A DNA stretch of 64,000 nucleotides from NCBI GenBank assembly GCA_965208835.1, contig OZ242358.1:4416001-4480000 (forward strand), in the 5' to 3' direction. The translations under genes and the position numbers were made by a program. This document shows positions 1 to 9,420 of the stretch, piece after piece. The first letter of the stretch is position 1. Each line of letters starts with the position of its first letter. Source of the stretch: Candidatus Latescibacterota bacterium (lineage in GTDB: Bacteria; Latescibacterota; UBA2968; GCA-2709665). The notes under the pieces were generated by a model that was not told where the DNA came from, ran no database searches, and was given only the letters and a program-made list of their open reading frames with translations.

Positions 1-1179
1 CTTCACCAGAACCTGTTGAACGGGGGGATTCCGTCCGAATTGGGCAATCTGGTTAACCTGACCGCTCTGAATCTTTACCGCAACCAGTTGACGGGGGGGA
101 TCCCGTCTGAATTGGGCGATCTTGCCAACCTCAAAGATTTGAATCTTTTCAAGAACGAACTGACAGGCGTGATTCCGTCCGAATTGGGCAATCTGGTTAG
201 CCTGACGGATCTGAGCCTTAATCGGAACCAGTTGAAAGGAGTGATTTCGTCCGAATTGGGCAATCTGGCCAACCTGACCGTTCTGAATCTTAACCAGAAC
301 GAGTTAACGGGGAGGATTCCGACCGAATTGGGCGGTCTGGCCAACCTGACGATTCTGAATCTTAACCAGAATGAGTTAACGGGGAGGATTCCGACCGAAT
401 TGGGCGGTCTGGTCAACCTGACAGGTCTGCATCTTCACGAGAACGGGCTGACAGGTGTGATTCCGTCCGAACTGGGCAATCTGGCCAACCTGACGGTTCT
501 GAATCTTCACCAGAACCGGTTGACCGGGGCAGTTCCGTCCGAATTGTGCAATCTGGCCAACCTGACGATACTGAGTCTTCACCAGAACGAGTTAACCGGC
601 GTGATTCCGTTCGACCTGGGCAATCTGGTTAATCTGAAGAATCTCAGTCTTCACCAGAACGAGTTAACCGGCGTGATTCCGTTCGAATTGGGCAATCTGG
701 TAAACCTGACAAGTCTACATCTTCACCAGAACGAGTTGACAAGTCTGATCCCACCCAATCTGGGCAACCTCGTCAGCCTTACGGTTCTGAGTCTTCAGCA
801 GAACCAGTTGACGGGGGGGATTCCGTCCGAATTGGGCAATCTGGCCAACCTGAAGGAACTGCGTCTTCACCAGAACCATTTGGGCGGCCCTATTCCCGCA
901 GTACTGGGTAATCTAACCAACCTCGAAGTGTTGCAACTTCACGAGAATACGCTCATTGGAGCGGTCCCGACCGAATTGGGCAACCTGACCGGCCTGAAGT
1001 TACTGACGCTTCACTCCAATCAGATCAGCGGCGCACTTCCTCAGAGCCTGACCGCATTGGAAGTGCTGGAGGAGTTCGTCTTTCATGGCGACGGAGGTGT
1101 TTGCGCGCCGCGCAGTGCGTCTTTTCAGGCGTGGCTGCAGGCTATCCGATATTTCAATGGACCAACCTGCCTGCGATAG
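1..1179 (+). CDS. LRR protein, plant-receptor-like 24-aa repeats; 5' end outside the window
   Basis: Tandem LxxLxLxxNxLTGxIPxELGNLxN repeats and a C-cap CAPRSASFQAWL...PTCLR. The frame is open from base 1. Confidence 0.9.
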   Translation, partial: LHQNLLNGGIPSELGNLVNLTALNLYRNQLTGGIPSELGDLANLKDLNLFKNELTGVIPSELGNLVSLTDLSLNRNQLKGVISSELGNLANLTVLNLNQNELTGRIPTELGGLANLTILNLNQNELTGRIPTELGGLVNLTGLHLHENGLTGVIPSELGNLANLTVLNLHQNRLTGAVPSELCNLANLTILSLHQNELTGVIPFDLGNLVNLKNLSLHQNELTGVIPFELGNLVNLTSLHLHQNELTSLIPPNLGNLVSLTVLSLQQNQLTGGIPSELGNLANLKELRLHQNHLGGPIPAVLGNLTNLEVLQLHENTLIGAVPTELGNLTGLKLLTLHSNQISGALPQSLTALEVLEEFVFHGDGGVCAPRSASFQAWLQAIRYFNGPTCLR

Positions 1180-1204
1180 CTAATGCGCCCCCGTTTGATA
1201 GGCC

Positions 1205-1316
1205 AATCACGCCCCCATTGTGGTGGAGTCGCAGAAGCCGAGCCGGTCACTGAACAATTGCACCGAGCCTGTCGAAAGGGTGTCGAAGAGGCCGGCGACG
1301 GCCCATGCGGTGGGGG
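1205..1316 (+). repeat. REP-like element type D (degenerate copy)
   Basis: GAGTCGCAGAAGCCGAGCCG...CCGGCGACGGCnnATGCGGTGGGGG, also at 30401-30519 and 33129-33248. Confidence 0.75.
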
Positions 1317-1494
1317 ATTCGAACAACATACCGTATGCAAGCAGCATGACGATTCCTCTACGCATTCTGTGTTGAACCCGGACTGCGCTGCGCGGCCAAC
1401 CAATTCAATTATGCCACGAAATCCCCAACGTCTTGACCGTGTTCGCGAAGCGGGCGTACGATCACGACGCAACAACGAATGAAAGGAGACTGAA

Positions 1495-2529
1495 ATGATC
1501 GTCAGAAATAGGTTCGTCCGTGGAACGTTGATTTTGGTGGCACTTGCGTTCACAGGCATTGCCTTTGTTTATGCCCAGACTGCGGCGGATGCTGATTTTG
1601 ACGGAGATGGGACGATTGGATTCAGCGATTTTCTGGCGTTTGCGGGCAAATTTGGGACCGCTCACGGCGATGGTAGGTACGAGGCGAAGTACGATCTGAA
1701 TGGCGACGGACAGGTGGGTTTCTCGGATTTTCTCGCCTTCGCGGGATTTTTCGGCCGGACAGTACCGCCCACGCAGGTGCCCGTAAGCGAGGGCTTCGAC
1801 CTGTACGGAGACAACAACAGTCCATTTGGGATTACGTATGCAAACGAGAGGCTGTACGTCGTATCAATCAGCTTGAATGACGATGGTCCGGTTGCCGGGA
1901 CTCAGAAGGTGTATGCGTACAGTCTTTCCGGTCAACGCGACGTAGCGTCTGAATTTGAACTTAACACAGACATATTCCCGTACGGGATCGCCTACGCCGA
2001 TGGCCGGTTTTACGTCACGGCGACGGCCATTGACGGAACCGCAGGCTTGGAGAAGGTATACGCATTCCGTCCCGACGGCCAACGCGATGCGTCATACGAC
2101 CTAAATATTCCCGGTGACGATGATTTCCCGTTAGGGATCACGTACGCCAATGACAGGTTCTACGTGGTCGTGAATCCAGACGACACCGACATGACGCGGG
2201 TATTGGCATACAGCCGATCGGGTCCGCGTGACGGGTCTTCCGACTTCAACCTGTTCGATGAGACTGTGGAAAATGCGCTGCCAAATGGGATCGCCTACGC
2301 TGGTGACCGGTTCTACGTAGTCACCGTCAGTCTGGAAGTGGATGGTCCCGCAGGCGGCGCGCAGACGGTATTTGCCTACTCGCGTACAGGAATGCGTGAT
2401 GCGGCTTCCGACTTCGAACTGGATGCCGATAATTCGAATCCCTTCGGGATCGCGTATGTCAATAACCGGTTCTACGTGGTCGATACCATGGACAACAGGA
2501 TTTACGTGTATCGGGTATACAGGGAATGA
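1495..2529 (+). CDS. Secreted protein: type-A dockerin-like module + NHL-like beta-propeller repeats
   Basis: AAGGAG RBS, signal peptide, DFDGDGTIGFSDF...DLNGDGQVGFSDF, then repeats PxGIxYAxxRFYVV...VYAYSxxGxRD. Confidence 0.85.
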   Translation: MIVRNRFVRGTLILVALAFTGIAFVYAQTAADADFDGDGTIGFSDFLAFAGKFGTAHGDGRYEAKYDLNGDGQVGFSDFLAFAGFFGRTVPPTQVPVSEGFDLYGDNNSPFGITYANERLYVVSISLNDDGPVAGTQKVYAYSLSGQRDVASEFELNTDIFPYGIAYADGRFYVTATAIDGTAGLEKVYAFRPDGQRDASYDLNIPGDDDFPLGITYANDRFYVVVNPDDTDMTRVLAYSRSGPRDGSSDFNLFDETVENALPNGIAYAGDRFYVVTVSLEVDGPAGGAQTVFAYSRTGMRDAASDFELDADNSNPFGIAYVNNRFYVVDTMDNRIYVYRVYRE

Positions 2530-2667
2530 GCATGAAGCAGAGATTCGTCTCTGAGGCGAACTTCCCAAGAGAATGCCGTCTGGATCCTTGACCTAAAAGC
2601 GATCAATGATCAAGAATCCACCACGACCCGCTATACAACCCGTGGAAATCAAAAAAGGGAGGAAGCT

Positions 2668-5565
2668 ATGTTGACCTTTCGACGTCTCGCCTTAATTCTC
2701 GCGCCCCGAAAATTCCGATTACGGCAGGCCCCGTGTCTTGCAATCGTATGCATCGTTCTGAGTTTGTATCCCGTTCGAGTGGCATCCCAGGACGGTTTTT
2801 CTCTCTCTCCGGACGTGGATGGGGCAGCCGGGGACCAGGGTGTGACGACAGCGGAGGTCTCGCCGGAAGCAACCGTCTCCATCCAGATTTTCGGCAGCAA
2901 CCTGAGCCAGTCCCAGGGCGTTTCCGTTCGATTCGCGTACGACAGCGGCCAGGTCGTTTACGACGGCGCGGACGCGGGCGACGTGTATCCCAACGCTCAG
3001 ATCCTTGTGGAAACTGGCGTCAATCCGACGTCGGTCACCCTGGGCATCGCATCGCTGGGCAGCCGTGCCGAAACATCGGCGGGCCTCGTCGGTACGGCCC
3101 GCTTTCGCACCTCGGCTGCATTTACCGGTACGACTGTTCGGATCCTGAAAGCCGTACTGGGGGGTGGCGGCCAACAGGACACCCTGAAGATGAACGTCGG
3201 TATCGAGTTGAATCCTGCATCCGCGGGGCCATCTACCGACTTCGACGCCGATGGTATGGTTGGTTTTTCTGACTTTCTGCAGTTCGCGTCGCAATACGGG
3301 ACGTCGGTGGGCGACGGGCGCTATGACGCCCGGTTCGACCTGGATTCCGACGGTTCGGTGGGCTTCGCCGATTTTCTCGTGCTTGCGGGTCAGTTCGGAC
3401 AAGAGGTAGCGCAACCGCCACCCGAGGAATCAGACCGTGACGCGCTGGTCGCGCTGTACAACGCCACGGACGGGTACAACTGGACCACGCAGACCAACTG
3501 GCTGACGAACAGCCCGATCGACACATGGTACGGGGTTACGGTGAAGGACGGTCGGGTCACCGGTCTCGTCTTGACGGAGAACAATCTGACGGGCGAGGTA
3601 CCGGTCATGCTGGGAGACCTCGCCTCCTTGGACAGCCTGATACTCCGGAAAAACGAGTTGAGTGGTGATATACCTCCGAAGCTGGCCGATCTATTAAACC
3701 TTACGAAACTTGACCTATCGATCAACCAAATGAGCGGTAACATTCCGCCAGAATTGGGCAACCTTGTCAACCTTGTTAATTTGCAACTTGACCGAAATCA
3801 ACTCACTGGGACGATTCCGCTCCAATTGAGCAATCTTCGGAACCTAAGAGTACTTTGGCTGTGGCAGAATCCCATACACGGTCGCATTCCTACAGAGCTG
3901 GGGAAGTTGGAAAACCTGGAACTTCTTGGTCTCGCGTTCACTGAGTTGAGCGGACCCATTCCGGCGGAATTGGGAAACCTGCGCAACCTGGAGGTTCTGC
4001 TATTGGCCATAAACAGGCTGAGTGGTTCGATACCGTCGGAACTAGGAAACCTGATCAAACTGAGGTCACTGCAACTCCACAACAATCAACTTAGTGGGTC
4101 AATCCCTGAACAGTTGGGTAATCTTGGAAACCTTCAGAGGCTGTTTCTGGCCCAAAATCAGTTAACCGGCTCGATTCCAGAAGAGTTGGGTAACCTTGCC
4201 GAACTGACCGGGCTATCGCTTAACTTTAACCAGCTGAGTGGTGCAATTCCGGTCACATTGGGTAAACTCGAACGGTTGGAATTTCTCTGGATGAACAATA
4301 ATCGGTTGAGCGGCTCGATTCCTGAAGAATTCGGGAACCTTTCAATGTTGGTGTCCCTGGGATTGGGAAACAACGAATCCCTGATGGGTGTGCTTCCTCA
4401 GAGCCTTACGGGATTGACTGAATTGGAGAGCTTCTCCTTTGACGGGACGTCGTTATGCGCGCCGATAAACGAAGCCTTCCAACTTTGGCTAGCGGGAATC
4501 GAATCCAGAAGTGGAGCGAACTGCGCACCGGAATCCCAGCGCGAAGCGCTCGTTTCGTTCTACAATTCAACCGACGGAGACAACTGGACGAACAACACCA
4601 ACTGGCTGAGCGACGCCGATATTTCCACCTGGCACGGCGTTGGTGTTTCGAACGGTCTGGTTACGCATCTGGACCTGAGAAACAACAATCTGAAGGGTGA
4701 ACTTCCAGTTGAACTGGGCAATTTGACCAGTCTGGAGAGCCTGCACCTTCCTGAAAACTCATTGACGGGACGGATTCCCGTCGAATTGGGGAGCCTGACG
4801 AATCTTACTCGCTTCTGGCTGTACGATAACCAGTTAATTGGTGCGATTCCATTAGAATTGGGGAATCTGTCCAATTTGGTCACTCTGGACCTTAGGGTCA
4901 ATCAACTGAGCGGAACGATCCCGGACGAACTGGGCCATCTTTCGAAACTCGATTACCTGGGACTTGCCGAGAATCAACTGAGCGGTCAGGTACCGGTGGT
5001 GTTGGGTCAGCTGACTCACCTTATGGAGTTGCATCTTACCAATAATGAGTTGTCCGGCAGCATTCCCGCCGCGCTGGGCAATCTCTCCAACCTCAGATAT
5101 CTGGGTCTTGCCCACAATCAGTTGAGGGGCGGGATTCCCAGGGAATTAGGCGGCTTGGACAACCTGCAGGTGCTGTATACAAGCAAGAATGAATTGAGTG
5201 GTTCGATCCCAACAGAATTGGGCAATCTGTCAAATCTCAGAGAGCTGCTGTTGTGGGACGATGGATTGACCGGTACGATTCCCGCGGAATTGGGGAACCT
5301 GGACAACATTGAAGTGCTGCATCTTCCCGACAATTTGTTGAGTGGTCCAGTCCCAACAGAATTGGGCAATCTCTCCAACCTGACGGAACTGAAGGTCGGC
5401 GGCAATCAATTAAGTGGCGCTTTGCCGCAGAGCCTGACCGGGCTGGCAAATCTGAGGATCTTCGAATTTGGTGGCGACGGCAGCCTATGTGCGCCGCGCA
5501 GTGACGCCTTTCAGGCGTGGCTTCAGGGTATAAGAGAGACCAGCGGTCCGAATTGCCCGCAATAG
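2668..5565 (+). CDS. Secreted protein: cohesin-like domain + type-A dockerin-like module + two plant-like LRR blocks
   Basis: GGGAGG RBS. A ~140-aa beta domain (VRFAYDSGQVVY, AGLVGTARF) resembles cohesin. Then DFDADGMVGFSDF...DLDSDGSVGFADF and two LRR blocks, each with an ALxxxYNxTDG-W N-cap. Confidence 0.85.
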   Translation: MLTFRRLALILAPRKFRLRQAPCLAIVCIVLSLYPVRVASQDGFSLSPDVDGAAGDQGVTTAEVSPEATVSIQIFGSNLSQSQGVSVRFAYDSGQVVYDGADAGDVYPNAQILVETGVNPTSVTLGIASLGSRAETSAGLVGTARFRTSAAFTGTTVRILKAVLGGGGQQDTLKMNVGIELNPASAGPSTDFDADGMVGFSDFLQFASQYGTSVGDGRYDARFDLDSDGSVGFADFLVLAGQFGQEVAQPPPEESDRDALVALYNATDGYNWTTQTNWLTNSPIDTWYGVTVKDGRVTGLVLTENNLTGEVPVMLGDLASLDSLILRKNELSGDIPPKLADLLNLTKLDLSINQMSGNIPPELGNLVNLVNLQLDRNQLTGTIPLQLSNLRNLRVLWLWQNPIHGRIPTELGKLENLELLGLAFTELSGPIPAELGNLRNLEVLLLAINRLSGSIPSELGNLIKLRSLQLHNNQLSGSIPEQLGNLGNLQRLFLAQNQLTGSIPEELGNLAELTGLSLNFNQLSGAIPVTLGKLERLEFLWMNNNRLSGSIPEEFGNLSMLVSLGLGNNESLMGVLPQSLTGLTELESFSFDGTSLCAPINEAFQLWLAGIESRSGANCAPESQREALVSFYNSTDGDNWTNNTNWLSDADISTWHGVGVSNGLVTHLDLRNNNLKGELPVELGNLTSLESLHLPENSLTGRIPVELGSLTNLTRFWLYDNQLIGAIPLELGNLSNLVTLDLRVNQLSGTIPDELGHLSKLDYLGLAENQLSGQVPVVLGQLTHLMELHLTNNELSGSIPAALGNLSNLRYLGLAHNQLRGGIPRELGGLDNLQVLYTSKNELSGSIPTELGNLSNLRELLLWDDGLTGTIPAELGNLDNIEVLHLPDNLLSGPVPTELGNLSNLTELKVGGNQLSGALPQSLTGLANLRIFEFGGDGSLCAPRSDAFQAWLQGIRETSGPNCPQ

Positions 5566-5613
5566 TCGTCACGGCGGGCGCCAAGATAGTCATTCTGAGG
5601 AAGCCGTCGTGAA

Positions 5614-5637
5614 GGTGGGGCAGACATTCCTGTCTGC
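5614..5637 (+). repeat. REP-like palindrome type A (GGTGGGGCGGACATTCCTGTCTGCCC family)
   Basis: Further copies at 22033, 33041, 35851 (+) and 49646, 52733, 56002, 58793 (-). Confidence 0.8.
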
Positions 5638-5775
5638 ATGCCTCGTCCCCTTTCTATTGAAAAGAAACCTCAAGCGGTAACATGGACAATCCTCCATCTA
5701 TTCTTATCGACGCAGCGCCAGGATCCTCTAGCGACTCACCGCCAACCGATTCCACCTTGTCGAAGAGAGGATGAT

Positions 5776-6035
5776 ATGCTGAAACGGCTTGTTGTATCCG
5801 TGGTCGTGATTATCGTGTTTGCCACCATCGCATTTGCGTAGTTGCCACCGGAGATCATGGTCGACAAATATCTCATTCACGCGGAGCAGCTTCGCGCCGC
5901 GAAGGACTTGCGGCCGGCTTCGACGTGATGCAGAAGATCATCGCGCTGCAGGAGGAGCACAGCCTCGCCGTACCCGACGACTTTCACTTCAAGTACGCGC
6001 GCGTGCCCTGTCGGCGGATTCGGTCTGGATAGCGA
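5776..6035 (+). pseudogene. Remnant of an LPPE-module (TPR-like) family gene, truncated by IS630
   Basis: Signal peptide, TAG at 5839 where paralogues have CAG(Q), then LPPEIMVDKYLIHAEQL, frameshifts and VPDDFHFKYA. Ends at the IS. Confidence 0.85.
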
Positions 6036-6036
6036 C

Positions 6037-7198
6037 TACTACTTAATTGATTAAATTAGAGTATTTATTATCAACGAATTTCGGTGTGACTTTCGTAGCC
6101 TTCCACTGGAAGGGGTGTGCGTTTTCGTTATAGGCGTCGATGAAGTGGTCGATAGCGGATCGGAGGTCGCGTATCGAGGCAAAGGACCCGCCTTTGAGTG
6201 CGCTTCTCCACAGGATGCTGAACCAGATTTCGATCTGGTTGAGCCAGGATGCGTGTGGGAGGGTGTAGTAGAAGTGGACATTGGGATGCTGCGGCAGCCA
6301 TCGGTCGTTCTTAGGCTTGTGCGTGTTCAGGTTGTCCAGGATGATGTGGAGTTCCTGATCGGGGTATTCGGCGACAAGTTCGTTCATAAAGCTCAAAAAC
6401 TGGCGTCGTTTGCGCCTTTTGTAATGCCCGGCCTTGACCCAACCCGTGGCGACGTTTAGTGCAGCTAATAACGTGGTGGTGCCGTTTCGCTTGTATTCGT
6501 GGCTAAAGCCGGTGAGGGCTTTGCCGTTGGGCAGCTTGAGCCATCCCTGCACCCGTTGCAATGCCTGGATCGCGGGCTTTTCGTCGACGCATAGGACAAT
6601 CGCGTTTTCGGGAGGTTCCAGATACAGCCCCACGATGGATGCGGCCTTGGTGGCAAATTCGGGATCTGTGCTGATACACCAGCTGCGTCTTCTGGCAAGT
6701 GAGATGCCGTGGTTGCGCAACACCTGCCAGACATAGTGGACAGAAATCCCCAGCTTTTCGGCCAACAAAGGGCCGGTCCAAGTCCCATAGCCCTTGGGCG
6801 GGGCTTCGTCCAATGCCCGCAAGATGCGCTTTTCGGTCAACGCATCGTACACCGCAGGCTTGCCCGATCTCGCCTTGTCCTGCAATCCGGCCAAGCCCGA
6901 CTCGCGAAAGCGCCGGCGCCACTTGCACACCGTCGCCTCGCGCGTTCCCAGGTGTCTGGCTATGTCCCGATTTGCTGTGCCCTGCGATGCTGACAGCACA
7001 ATCCTGGCGCGCAGCACATAGCGGTGTTGCGTCTTGCCGGAACGGGTCCAACTCAACAACGTCTCTTTTTCCTCGTCACTCAACGTGATCAACACTGCGG
7101 GGCGGCTCATAGGCGGTCTCCTCTCCACAATTGAATTGAGATCGATTCCCTATGAGCACAAAATATATTAATTCGCTTTTTTTGTCAAGTAGACACTA
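6037..7198 (-). mobile_element. IS630-family insertion sequence
   Basis: End CTAGTGTCTACTTGAC at 7199-7184 (minus strand). The opposite end reads CTA-CTACTTAATTG and lacks GTGT. Confidence 0.9.
6043..7110 (-). CDS. IS630-family transposase
   Basis: HTH followed by DDE motifs CVDEK, DNLNTH, SWLNQIEIWF. Start placed at ATG 7110 after GGAGAGGAG. Confidence 0.95.
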   Translation of the reverse strand: MSRPAVLITLSDEEKETLLSWTRSGKTQHRYVLRARIVLSASQGTANRDIARHLGTREATVCKWRRRFRESGLAGLQDKARSGKPAVYDALTEKRILRALDEAPPKGYGTWTGPLLAEKLGISVHYVWQVLRNHGISLARRRSWCISTDPEFATKAASIVGLYLEPPENAIVLCVDEKPAIQALQRVQGWLKLPNGKALTGFSHEYKRNGTTTLLAALNVATGWVKAGHYKRRKRRQFLSFMNELVAEYPDQELHIILDNLNTHKPKNDRWLPQHPNVHFYYTLPHASWLNQIEIWFSILWRSALKGGSFASIRDLRSAIDHFIDAYNENAHPFQWKATKVTPKFVDNKYSNLIN

Positions 7199-7635
7199 GT
7201 CTGATTCCATTCAATCTGGGTAATCTGGCTAATCTGAAGGTTCTGAATCTTCAGCAGAACCAGTTGACGGGGGGGATTCCGTCCGTATTGGGCAATCTGG
7301 TCAACCTGAAAGATCTGAGTCTTCACCAGAACCATTTGAGCGGCGCCATTCCCGCAGCACTGGGTAATCTAGCTGACCTGGAAGTGTTGCAACTTCACGA
7401 GAATGGGCTCGTTGGAACTGTCCCGACCGAATTGGGCAACCTGACCGGTCTGAAGTTACTGACGCTTTTCGCCAATCAGATCACAGGTGCACTGCCTGAG
7501 AGCATGACCGCATTGGCCATGCTGGAGGAATTCTTCTTTCGGGGCGACGGAGGTCTTTGTGCGCCGCGCAGTGCGTCTTTTCAGGCGTGGCTGCAGGCTA
7601 TCCGATATTTCAATGGACCAACCTGCCTGCGATAG
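7198..7635 (+). pseudogene. 3' fragment of an LRR gene paralogous to 1..1179
   Basis: Starts at the IS end (SLIPFNLGNL). The C-terminus CAPRSASFQAWLQAIRYFNGPTCLR is identical to that of ORF 1..1179. Confidence 0.85.
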
Positions 7636-7779
7636 GCGCCGCGCGATCGTTCAGGATACCCTCGTCGCCACCCACAACGTTTGACAACACCTCACAATCA
7701 TCAATGATGGGCTGGATACCCAATCCATCAAACGTCCACAATACCGGGGTAACTCAATCAGCGTCAGAGGAAGGAAGAC

Positions 7780-7913
7780 TTGGAAAGGATGGGTTTTCAC
7801 GTGTACATATTCCTGTTGTCTTCGGAGGTACCGATGCCCATTCTGAACTTGATGGCAACGGGACGGAGGAGTTCGCGGATCTCTTCAGATTCATCGATGC
7901 GTTTGGATCGTAG
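7780..7913 (+). pseudogene. Degenerate dockerin-like remnant
   Basis: FGGTDAHSELDGNGTEEFADLFRFIDAFGS* resembles the second half of the dockerin module. Confidence 0.5.
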
Positions 7914-8004
7914 AAGCAAATCACCGCCGCATTGCTCGTTCGCAACGCCGCGCCACAGTCGATAGACACAGAAATCGATCTCTACCTGAAGGGAGGATTC
8001 TCTG

Positions 8005-9183
8005 ATGAAGTGGAAACGATCGTCGAATCTCGCGCTGTTATTGGTCGCAGTTCTGTCAGCGCAGGAAAGCTACGCCCAGACACCACTGAAAGGGCATACG
8101 GATTGGGTCAATTCCGTGGCGTTTTCACCCGATGGGAATCTGCTCGCTTCCGGTTCGGACGATGAAACGGTCAAGTTGTGGGACGTGGTGAAAGGAGAAT
8201 TGGTTGCTACACTGGAGGGACACAGCGGCTCGGTCAATTCCGTGGCGTTTTCGCCGGATGGAAAACTGGTCGCTTCCGGATCGGACGATAGAACGGTCAA
8301 GTTGTGGGACGCGGCGACGCACAAAAACATAACCACCTTTGAAGAAACCGCTTGGACGGAAGCAGTGGCGTTCTCGCCCGATGGACAGTTGCTGGCCTCC
8401 GGTTCGTGGGATGACGCGGTTACGCTGTGGGACGTGGCGACACACACAAGCGTCGCAACCCTTGAGGAATCGGACGCGGTCTTTTCATTGGCGTTTTCTC
8501 GGGATCTGCTGCTCGCTACCGGATTGGACGAAGGTCCGGTCAGGCTATGGGACGTGGCCAGGAGAGAACCCGTCGCTACCCTGGAACAGCATACGGACGA
8601 CGTTAATTCTGTGGCGTTTTCACCCGATGGGAAACTGCTGGCTTCCGGTTCGGATGATGGAGTGGTCAAACTATGGGACGTGGCTGAAAGAAAGATCAGT
8701 GCGTCTCTTGAACAGGTCGAAGGTCACAGTTTGGACGTTGTCCACTCAGTGTCCTTTTCACCGGATGGGACGCTGCTGGCTGCGGGTGGTTCCTGGGACG
8801 GTGCGGTGAGGCTGTGGGACGTAGCGACACGGAGAATTGCTGCAACCCTTGAAGGAAATTCAGATGTCGTCTTTGCAGTGGCGTTCTCGCCGGATCCCAA
8901 GGTGCTGGCTTCCGGTACTGCAGACGGCACATTGCAGATATGGGACATCTCTTCCAATTCCACGTCTCGGCCTCCGACTCCACCTCAAGATCCGACTGCC
9001 GACTTCGACGGCGACGGGACGGTCGGATTCGGTGACTTTCTGCTGTTTGCCGCCGCATTCGGTCGAAGTCAAAGCGATGCCGGATACGATGTGCGGTTCG
9101 ATCTGGACGGGAACGGCGCGATCGGGTTTGGCGATTTTCTGATTTTTGCGGGCGCGTACGGGAACAAAACATCTTCTAATTGA
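8005..9183 (+). CDS. Secreted WD40 protein with C-terminal type-A dockerin-like module
   Basis: GGGAGG RBS, signal peptide, 7 GH...AFSPDG..LASGS.D..VKLWD-type repeats, Pro linker, DFDGDGTVGFGDF...DLDGNGAIGFGDF. Confidence 0.92.
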   Translation: MKWKRSSNLALLLVAVLSAQESYAQTPLKGHTDWVNSVAFSPDGNLLASGSDDETVKLWDVVKGELVATLEGHSGSVNSVAFSPDGKLVASGSDDRTVKLWDAATHKNITTFEETAWTEAVAFSPDGQLLASGSWDDAVTLWDVATHTSVATLEESDAVFSLAFSRDLLLATGLDEGPVRLWDVARREPVATLEQHTDDVNSVAFSPDGKLLASGSDDGVVKLWDVAERKISASLEQVEGHSLDVVHSVSFSPDGTLLAAGGSWDGAVRLWDVATRRIAATLEGNSDVVFAVAFSPDPKVLASGTADGTLQIWDISSNSTSRPPTPPQDPTADFDGDGTVGFGDFLLFAAAFGRSQSDAGYDVRFDLDGNGAIGFGDFLIFAGAYGNKTSSN

Positions 9184-9420
9184 CGATGTGCCGGATTTGG
9201 AATGAACCGCTTTGAACGGCAATCTCTTACTGCCGCTGGCCATGCTTCGGACGCGCCGGCGTGGGCGGCGCACTCTGCACGCTGCTGCAATGCCTGGGCT
9301 CGACGTCGAACCAGCCTCGATTCATGAATCAAGGGCAACGTCTCGGCAGCCAATCGGAACCGCCAACAGTATCAGGAAATCAGCCAGAAAGGCCGCTAGC
9401 TGAATCGATCAGGAGGACAA

